DNA from: Alphaproteobacteria bacterium | GTDB lineage: Bacteria; Pseudomonadota; Alphaproteobacteria; UBA2966 | DNA length: 64,000 nucleotides | Direction: 5' to 3' | Assembly: GCA_030740435.1 (NCBI GenBank) | Contig: JASLXG010000071.1 | Location: 1,121-65,120, forward strand | Shown here: positions 58,739 through 64,000 of the stretch, one piece after another | Numbering within the stretch: the stretch's first letter is position 1 | Layout of the letters: every line of letters starts with the position of its first letter | Position numbers and translations under genes: made by a program | Notes under the pieces: model-generated | Told to the model about the DNA's origin: nothing | What the model saw: the letters and a program-made list of their open reading frames with translations, nothing else | The model's database searches: none

Positions 58739-59340
58739 CGTGCCAGTGCCAGGCCCAGCGCCGCGGCGATGAGGAAGGTGCCGCTGAGACGCCGGCGCAG
58801 GCGGGCCTTTCGGGCATCGGCGAGAGCGCCGCTGAAGCGCCCGGCCAAGAGACCGTAGGCGCCGTCGATCAGCGTGGCGATGACCAGGAACGTCACCGAC
58901 AGCACCATGAGCTGCGACCCGGGCGCCAGGCCGGGGTCGATAAACTGGGGCAGGAAGGCAACATAAAAAAGCAGCGTCTTGGGATTGGTGGCGGAAACCA
59001 CGAAACCCTGCCAGAAAATCCGCTGTCGGCCCGGCGGCGGTGCGGCGGGGTCCGGCGGACGCCGCCACTGCTGCAGCCCGAGATAGAGCAGGTACGCCAC
59101 GCCGGCCCAGCGCAACCAGGCGAAGCCCTCGGCCAGCAGGGAGATCAGCGAGCTCATGCCCAGCGCCGCCACGGCCAGCAGCAGCGCCGTGGCGGCGCTG
59201 GTGCCGGCCACGGTCAAGAGCCCGGCCCGGGCTCCGGCGGCCAGGCTGTTGGCCACGATCAGCGTCACATTAGGCCCCGGCAACACGATCAGAACGATGG
59301 TCGCCAGCACGAAGGCAAGATAAAGTTCATTATCGACCAT
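58726..59340 (-). CDS. LysE/RhtB family amino acid exporter
   Basis: Start at 'MVDNELYLAFVLATIVLIVLPGPNV'. 204 aa with 'NPKTLLFYVAFLPQF'. Confidence 0.85.
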   Translation of the reverse strand: MVDNELYLAFVLATIVLIVLPGPNVTLIVANSLAAGARAGLLTVAGTSAATALLLAVAALGMSSLISLLAEGFAWLRWAGVAYLLYLGLQQWRRPPDPAAPPPGRQRIFWQGFVVSATNPKTLLFYVAFLPQFIDPGLAPGSQLMVLSVTFLVIATLIDGAYGLLAGRFSGALADARKARLRRRLSGTFLIAAALGLALARKTP

Positions 59341-59427
59341 TACTATCGAACTCCAGAGGTTCGCGGGCGCGGCACAATTTAGCCACATCCGCGGCCAGGG
59401 GCCAAGGCAGAGGAAGGTGGCTCGGGC

Positions 59428-60561
59428 ATGGCACTGATCAATTATCTGACCAGGATCCAATTCGACTTCGGCGCGCTGGGCATGCTGGCCGAGGAACTCA
59501 AGGAACTCGGCGTCACGCGGCCGCTGGTGGTCACCGACGAAGGCGTGGTAGCGGCCGGCGTGCTCGACAAGGTGCGCGAGCGGCTGCCCACGGCGATCTG
59601 GTCGGCGGTCTTCGACCAGAGTCCGGCCAACCCTACCGAGGCCGCCGTCAAGCAGGCGCTGGAGGTCTACCAGAACCAGGAATGCGACGGCATCGTGGCG
59701 GTCGGCGGCGGCTCGCCCATCGACCTGGCCAAGGGCGTGGCGTTGCTCGCCACCCACCCCGAGCCCTTGGGCCAATATGCCTTCATCCTCGGCGGCGCGC
59801 CCAAAATCACCGTGCCCAGCGCGCCGCTGGCCGCCGTGCCGACCACCGCCGGCACCGGCAGCGAGGTCGGCCGGGCGGCGCTCTTGACGCTGGACGACGG
59901 CCGCAAGCTCGCCTTCATCGGCTCCCACGTCATTCCCAATGTGGCGGTCTGCGACCCCGAACTGACCATGGGCCTGCCGCCCTACCTGACCGCCGCCACC
60001 GGCATGGACGCGCTGACGCATTGCATCGAGGTCTATCTTTCGCCCCGGGTCAATCCGCCGGCCGACGCCATCGCGCTAGACGGTGCCGGCCGCGCCATGG
60101 CCCACATCGAGCGCGCCACCAATGAGGGCGACGACCGCGATGCGCGCTGGCAGATGATGATGGCCTCGCTGCAGGGCGGCATGGGGTTCCAGAAGGGCCT
60201 GGGCGCGGTGCATGCCATGTCGCACCCGCTGGGCGGGCTGGCCCAGCCGGTGCTGCACCACGGCACTCTCAACGCCCTCATCCTGCCGGCCGTCTTGCGT
60301 TTCAACGCCGATTATTGCGACGACAAGTACCAGCGCCTGGCCGCCGTCATGGGGCTTTCGTCCGAGGCCGATCTGGCCGCCACCATCGAGGACCTCAACA
60401 GCCGCCTCGGCCTGCCCGCGAGCTTGCGCGAAGTGGGCGTCGGCGACGACGTCATCCCGCGCATGATCGAAGGTGCCGTGGCCGACCACAGCGGCGCCAG
60501 CAACCCCCGCCCGGCCTCGGCCGAGGACTACCAGGCCCTGTTCGCCGCCGCCATGGGATAA
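59428..60561 (+). CDS. Iron-containing (group III) alcohol dehydrogenase
   Basis: 377 aa with 'AVGGGSPIDLAKG', 'PTTAGTGSEV' and His-rich metal ligands in 'AVHAMSHPLGG...HHG'. Confidence 0.9.
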   Translation: MALINYLTRIQFDFGALGMLAEELKELGVTRPLVVTDEGVVAAGVLDKVRERLPTAIWSAVFDQSPANPTEAAVKQALEVYQNQECDGIVAVGGGSPIDLAKGVALLATHPEPLGQYAFILGGAPKITVPSAPLAAVPTTAGTGSEVGRAALLTLDDGRKLAFIGSHVIPNVAVCDPELTMGLPPYLTAATGMDALTHCIEVYLSPRVNPPADAIALDGAGRAMAHIERATNEGDDRDARWQMMMASLQGGMGFQKGLGAVHAMSHPLGGLAQPVLHHGTLNALILPAVLRFNADYCDDKYQRLAAVMGLSSEADLAATIEDLNSRLGLPASLREVGVGDDVIPRMIEGAVADHSGASNPRPASAEDYQALFAAAMG

Positions 60562-60571
60562 GGGGGAATCA

Positions 60572-60832
60572 GTGAAGCGCTCGGTCACGGGCACCATCGT
60601 CAAATTGCTGATCGCCAGCCTGCTGGTGGGATTGGCGTTGTCGATCGTCGATGTCTCGCCCGAGGAGATTCTGCGCGGTTTGGGTGGCTGGGTGCAGCGC
60701 ATCTTTTCCGTCTTCGTGCGCACGGTGCAGTGGGCCGTGCCCTACGCGCTGTTGGGTGCCGTCATCGTGGTGCCGCTGTGGGCCGTCAACAAGCTCTGGC
60801 GCCTGCTGCGCGGCCGCACGGCAAAATCATGA
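60572..60832 (+). CDS. Small integral membrane protein, uncharacterised
   Basis: GTG 60572 follows AGGGGGAA. 86 aa with two hydrophobic segments. No family recognised. Confidence 0.5.
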   Translation: MKRSVTGTIVKLLIASLLVGLALSIVDVSPEEILRGLGGWVQRIFSVFVRTVQWAVPYALLGAVIVVPLWAVNKLWRLLRGRTAKS

Positions 60833-60850
60833 GGTAGGGGACGGTCCATC

Positions 60851-62365
60851 ATGCGCCGCTTTCTCGTCCTGGCCATCGTCGTCGTCGCCGGCGCCACCGC
60901 GGCCTACCACTATTGGCGCACGCAAACGGGCGAGGAAGCACCGCAATACCGCCTGGCCCGGGTGGAAAAGGGCGCCATCGAAATGACGGTGTCGGCCACC
61001 GGTCAGGTCAACCCGGTGACCACGGTGCAGGTGGGCTCGCAGGTCTCGGGCCAGATCGCCGAGCTTTTGGCCGACTTCAACACCGAGGTGACGGCCGGCC
61101 AGGTCATCGCCCGCATCGATCCCCAGAGCTTCGAGGCGCGCCTGGCGGCGGCCCGCGCCGACCTGGCCTTTGCCGGCGCCAACCTGGCCGTGCAGCAGGC
61201 GGCGCTGGCCGAACACCGGGCCGATATCGCCGGCGCCCAGGCGGCGTTGAAGGACGCCGCCGCCGAGCACGCCCGCCAAGGCATCCTCTTGGGCCGGCGC
61301 GTGGTATCGCAAAGCGCTGTCGACCGGGCCCTGGCGACCCGCGACCAGGCCCGGGCCCGCAAGTTGAGCGCCGAGGCCAAGCTGGCCAAGCAACAGGCCC
61401 AGATCGGCTCGGCCCGGGCCCAGGTGCAGTCGCGCCGGGCGGCGCTCAACGAACGCCGGCTCGACCTCGAACGCACCGTCATCCGCTCGCCGGTGGCCGG
61501 CGTGGTGATCGGCCGCAACGTCGAGCTGGGCCAGACCGTGGCCGCCAGCCTGCAAGCGCCGGTGCTGTTTACCATCGCCGAGGACCTAAAGCGCATGCAG
61601 GTCGAGGTCAGCGTCGACGAAGCCGACATCGGCCGCCTGCGGGAGCGCCAGCGTGTGCGCTTCACGGTCGACGCCTATGCCCGGCGCAACTTCACTGGCC
61701 AGGTGCGGCAGATCCGCAAGGCACCCAACGTGGTTTCCAACGTCGTCACCTACACCGTCATCGTCGGCGCCGAAAATCCCGACCTGGCGCTGCTGCCCGG
61801 CATGACGGCCAACGTCGAGGTCATCGTCGGTGCGCGCAAGGACGTGCTCAAGGTGCCCAGCGCCGCCTTGCGATTCCGGCCCAAAGCTGGCGCGGCGGCG
61901 AGCCAGGCTTCAAGTGGCGGTGGCGGCGGCGGCCGCGAAGCGGCACGGGCGCGGGGCCGGGCGCTGTTTCAGCGACTGAACAAAACCCTTGGCCTCAACG
62001 AGGAGCAGCAGTCTGTTATCGGCGCCATCTTCCGCAAGACCGGCCAGGCCATCGGCGCCCTGCGCCAGGCCGGCGGCCAGCCCGAAACGATGCGCCAGGC
62101 GGTGCGCGGCCTCAGGGCCCAGGCCTCGCGCCGCATCGCGGCGCTGCTCGACGACGAACAAAAGCGCCGCTACGCCGAGATGCTGGCCGAGGCTGCCGTG
62201 ACCACCAGCCGCGGCCAAGTCTGGCGGCTTGGCCCCAACGGCCAGCCGCTAGCCATCCCGGTCGTCAGCGGCATCTCCGACAGCAGCATGACCGAAATCG
62301 TTCGGGGCGAACTAAAAGCCGGCCAGCCGGTCATCGTCGGCCGCGCCTTCGGCAGCGGGCGCTAG
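60851..62365 (+). CDS. HlyD/MacA-type periplasmic adaptor (membrane fusion protein)
   Basis: N-terminal anchor, a coiled-coil hairpin (Ala/Gln/Arg-rich), and '[20 protein letters not shown]'. An extra helical insert ('[10 protein letters not shown]...') precedes the last beta-domain. Confidence 0.85.
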   Translation: MRRFLVLAIVVVAGATAAYHYWRTQTGEEAPQYRLARVEKGAIEMTVSATGQVNPVTTVQVGSQVSGQIAELLADFNTEVTAGQVIARIDPQSFEARLAAARADLAFAGANLAVQQAALAEHRADIAGAQAALKDAAAEHARQGILLGRRVVSQSAVDRALATRDQARARKLSAEAKLAKQQAQIGSARAQVQSRRAALNERRLDLERTVIRSPVAGVVIGRNVELGQTVAASLQAPVLFTIAEDLKRMQVEVSVDEADIGRLRERQRVRFTVDAYARRNFTGQVRQIRKAPNVVSNVVTYTVIVGAENPDLALLPGMTANVEVIVGARKDVLKVPSAALRFRPKAGAAASQASSGGGGGGREAARARGRALFQRLNKTLGLNEEQQSVIGAIFRKTGQAIGALRQAGGQPETMRQAVRGLRAQASRRIAALLDDEQKRRYAEMLAEAAVTTSRGQVWRLGPNGQPLAIPVVSGISDSSMTEIVRGELKAGQPVIVGRAFGSGR

Positions 62366-62368
62366 CGC

Positions 62369-63088
62369 GTGCCCGCCTTCATCGAAACCGAAGGCCTGGG
62401 CAGGGACTACCGCGTCGGCCCCAGCCAGGTGCGGGCGCTCCGCGACTTCACGGTGAGCATCGACCAGGGGGAATTCCTGGCCATCATGGGCCCCTCGGGC
62501 TCGGGCAAGTCGACCTGTATGCATCTGCTGGGCTGCCTCGATACACCCACGGCGGGGCGCTACCTGCTGGCCGGCCAGGACGTCTCGCGGCTGGACCGCG
62601 ACAGCCTGGCCAAGACGCGCAACCGCCAGATCGGCTTCGTCTTCCAGTCCTTCAATCTGCTGCCCCGGGCGACGGCCCTGCAAAACGTCGAGCTGCCGTT
62701 GCTCTATGGCGCCACACCGCGCCAGCAGCGCCGGACCCGGGCCGCCGAGGCGCTCGAGGCGGTGGGCCTGGCGGATCGCGCCGAGCATTTGCCGAGCCAG
62801 CTTTCGGGCGGCCAGATGCAGCGCGTGGCCATCGCCCGGGCCATCGTCAACCGGCCGCTTTTGCTGCTCGCCGACGAGCCCACGGGCGCCCTGGACAGCC
62901 GTACCGGGATCGAGATCCTGACGCTATTCCAGCGCCTCAACGGCGACGGCATCAACGTCATCGTGGTTACCCACGAGGCCGATGTGGCGGGCTTTGCCCG
63001 GCGTGTGCTGCGCTTTCACGATGGCCGCCTGGAGGCCGACGAGGCGACGCCCACAGGGCGCCACGAGGGCGCCACGAGAGCGCCATGA
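62369..63088 (+). CDS. MacB-type ABC transporter ATP-binding protein
   Basis: GTG start. Walker A 'GPSGSGKST', signature 'LSGGQMQRV' and Walker B '[12 protein letters not shown]'. Confidence 0.9.
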   Translation: MPAFIETEGLGRDYRVGPSQVRALRDFTVSIDQGEFLAIMGPSGSGKSTCMHLLGCLDTPTAGRYLLAGQDVSRLDRDSLAKTRNRQIGFVFQSFNLLPRATALQNVELPLLYGATPRQQRRTRAAEALEAVGLADRAEHLPSQLSGGQMQRVAIARAIVNRPLLLLADEPTGALDSRTGIEILTLFQRLNGDGINVIVVTHEADVAGFARRVLRFHDGRLEADEATPTGRHEGATRAP

Positions 63089-63094
63089 GAGCCT

Positions 63095-64000
63095 CATGAA
63101 GAGCGTCGATGCGCTGCTGACGGCGCTCGATTCGTTGCGCACCAACATCCTGCGCACGGCGCTGACGACGCTCGGCATCATCATCGGCGTGGCGGCGGTG
63201 ATCGCCATGGTGGCGGTCGGCGCCGGGGCCGAGCGGCGCGTCCAGGCCCTGATCCAGAGCCTGGGTTCGAACGTTCTCATCGTGCTCAACGGCACCTCCG
63301 TCTCGGGTGGCGCCCGCGGCGGCTCGGGCAGCGTGGTCTCGCTGACCACGGCCGACGCCCGGGCCTTGGAGTTGGAAATCCCGGCGGTACGCATCGCCGC
63401 CCCCATGGTGCGCGGCACGGGCCAGATCATCTTCGGCAACGCCAACTGGTTCACCACCATCTACGGCGCGCCGCAAAGCTACCTCGAGGCCCGCGACTGG
63501 GTTGTCGCCCGTGGCCGCGGCTTCACGGCGGCCGACGAGCGCGGCGCCCGCAAGGTGGCGCTGGTGGGCCAGTCGGTGGTGAACGAGCTGTTTGCCGGCT
63601 CAGATCCCATCGGCGCCGGCATCCGCATCAAGCGCGTGCCCTTCACGGTGGTCGGCGTCACCGCCGTCAAGGGCCAGACGCCCTTTGGCCGCGACCAGGA
63701 CGACGTCGTCTTCATTCCCCTGGCGACGGCCAAGAAGCGGGTGCTGGGGGGGCGCAAGGTGCGGGCCGACTTCGTCGGCGCCATCACCGTCAAGGCGCGC
63801 ACGGCCGAGCTTGTCGCCGAGGCCGAGGCCCGTGTCAGCGAGACGCTCAGGCGGCGCCACCGCATCCGGCCCGGCCAGCCCGACGACTTCGTGGTGCGCA
63901 ACATCGCCCAGATCCTCGAGGCCCGGGCCGAATCGCAGCGCACCATGGCCTTTCTGCTGGCCGCCGTGGCCGGGGTCTCGCTGATCGTCGGGGGCATCGG
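63095..64000 (+). CDS. MacB/FtsX-type ABC transporter permease (3' end outside window)
   Basis: ATG 63095. 'LRTNILRTALTTLGIIIGVAAVIAMV' (TM1), then the MacB periplasmic domain. The frame is open to the window end. Confidence 0.85.

Noticed and set aside
60913-63099. 728-aa plus-strand ORF spanning macA and macB
   Set aside because: It is in a different frame from two genes with clear HlyD and ABC motifs. The translation is extremely Arg/Pro/Gly-rich.

Overview
High-GC (about 65-68%) bacterial chromosomal window. Its synteny (purB, DUF1476 zeta-like gene, purC-purS-purQ-purL, bolA-grxD) suggests an alphaproteobacterium. I can support about 70 densely packed protein genes. They are mostly housekeeping (purine synthesis, map, radC, alkylation repair ada/alkA-ogt), CoA-dependent catabolism (several acyl-CoA synthetases, dehydrogenases, crotonases and a family III CoA-transferase) and transporters. 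I saw no rRNA, tRNA, CRISPR array, transposase or integrase. Many long ORFs in the track are antisense or out-of-frame shadows typical of GC-rich DNA and were discarded. Items worth a second look: (1) a GrdB/PrdB-family gene interrupted only by an in-frame TGA at the family's selenocysteine position, with hairpins immediately downstream, making it a candidate stand-alone selenoprotein. (2) A minus-strand cluster joining a non-pyrrolysine MttB-family methyltransferase and its corrinoid protein to CaiB/CaiD-like CoA enzymes, a DUF4392 cyclase-like protein and a frameshifted PEP-mutase/ICL-family gene. Choline dehydrogenase and a dimethylglycine-dehydrogenase-like gene lie elsewhere in the window. 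(3) An SDR-fold protein with the halohydrin dehalogenase fingerprint. (4) A 267-bp element bounded by 34-bp inverted repeats (MITE-like). (5) Four iteron-like tandem repeats at 32.3 kb. (6) Two low-GC islets: a membrane-fused spermidine-synthase-like gene and a Rap1a/Tai4-like secreted protein. (7) A small accessory islet holding a PIN toxin pair and a bicupin followed by an orphan HigA-like antitoxin. All functional calls come from motif recognition by eye. None has been checked against a database.
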